Shown piece by piece: positions 57,304-58,576 of a stretch of 58,576 nucleotides of DNA. The DNA lies in the NCBI GenBank assembly GCA_032718475.1, contig JAUCBJ010008113.1, forward strand, positions 1 through 58,576, written 5' to 3'. The translations under genes and the position numbers were made by a program. The stretch comes from Nemertoderma westbladi. Its lineage: Eukaryota > Animalia > Xenacoelomorpha. Below the pieces are notes generated by a model. That model did not search any database and was not told the origin of the DNA. It worked only from the letters and a program-made list of their open reading frames with translations. Numbering within the stretch: position 1 is the first letter of the stretch; each line of letters begins with the position of its first letter.

Positions 57304-58576
57304 AACAATTATTGTGCCACAATAAACTATAGTTAGATATATAATACAAAATTATACCATGTGATATAATGTAACATTATCAAAAGTTACTACAGGTAGT
57401 TGTTGCGACAAACCAAATGGAAGTGAATTGCAAGCCATTATGTTCAATGAAATAATTAATAATTATCGGTTACTTAATAATTAACCGAATTCACTTAATA
57501 ATATATCTATGTAGATCCTGACAGTTAATGTCAAATAACAAAACCATAGATTCTTCAATGAACCAACTTGGTTAGGTCACTAAACCTAACTGTTAGATGA
57601 ATTAACCCAATTTGAATATATCAATGAAACCCATGACATATGATTTGGTCCATGCTAACAGTTTACTTCATTACTAACTATAGAACCGCCACTACTAAAC
57701 GAAAACGACCCACGCAATTCTTTTCCAATCTGAATGATACAATAAATTCTAGTTAGAAAAAAAGAGTTTGATCTTACTAATAGTTTGTTAATGTAACTGT
57801 ATTCTATAATAGGACCATAATATACACTGAGGGGCGAGCCATGAAGTGAGCGAAGCCTTATCACAAGGGTAACATTAACTAATTGTCTGTCGTCGTCGTC
57901 TAATTTATCATCGCTTATAACTCGGTAATTCCTTGATGAAATTAAACTATATACTATATTATTCTATTATTATACTATACTATATTTTTTTTTGCTTGGT
58001 ACGCTATTGTAGTCCGTTAAAAGTTTACAAATAATCTGAAATGCGGTTAAAAATCAGACAGTCCGTCAGTCGGTAACAGTAGTTTCCGACTTTTGATAAT
58101 AAACTAATAATTGATGAAATTACACAAACTGTATACACGTGTGGTCTGTCAAAAGTTTGGAAATTGTTCAAACAGACAGACTTATATATAGTTCCCCTAT
58201 CGCCACTAGAATTGTTGGCGAATTGTAGCCATAAGTATAGAACCAATCAGCTGATTCAGCCGAAATTTGGTAGAAATGACCTATTCGAAATTTACTATAC
58301 CAAGGCGGCGCGTATTGTAAATGAATTGTACTCGGATTACAGCTTCTCGGGTTTACCGAGTCTCGTGCTGCGCGAAGGCCCCACGTTTGTGTTACTATTG
58401 TGACTGTATTCTATGACTCAAACTATAAACACTCTTACCATAGTTAATGTGGCTGTATTCTCTGATAAAGCCTGTTTTGCGAGGTATCTTTCCCTTTTGA
58501 TTTTGAATAGCACATCTTGTGGAATGTCAGGTACAAACAAATCAATAAGCCGCGATACAAAGAATACCACGTGCTA

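Overview
Repeat-dense, AT-rich eukaryotic DNA, probably from an invertebrate animal; nothing here looks prokaryotic. About three quarters of the window is three different BEL/Pao LTR retrotransposons. Element 1 (minus strand) has an open gag-pol running off the left edge, and its probable 5' LTR is interrupted by a 5'-truncated CRE-like non-LTR element carrying a 1.5-kb minisatellite inside its RT. Element 2 (16409-29013, TSD GCTGT) is decayed. Element 3 (30192-44230, TSD ATTTA) is intact and young. The rest is one intronless secreted Ly6-like host gene, nested DNA-transposon MITEs, RTE-like LINE debris, tRNA-derived SINEs and a hammerhead ribozyme motif in a Pol III-type cassette. Main novelty candidate: elements 2 and 3, although very divergent, both carry a homologous extra ORF in the env position that is not Env. 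It reads as a DEDDy-type (WRN/Mut-7/RNase D-like) 3'-5' exonuclease plus CCHC zinc knuckles. Element 3 also has unusual cis-RNA features: no recognisable tRNA primer-binding site but a 13-nt LTR-complementary segment in its place, a K-turn/UUCG hairpin array in the LTRs, a GNRA hairpin repeated across LTR, gag, pol and ORF2, intergenic pseudoknot-like repeats, and an AUGA-coupled upstream ORF. All family calls are by eye from motifs; no database searches or folding computations were run.
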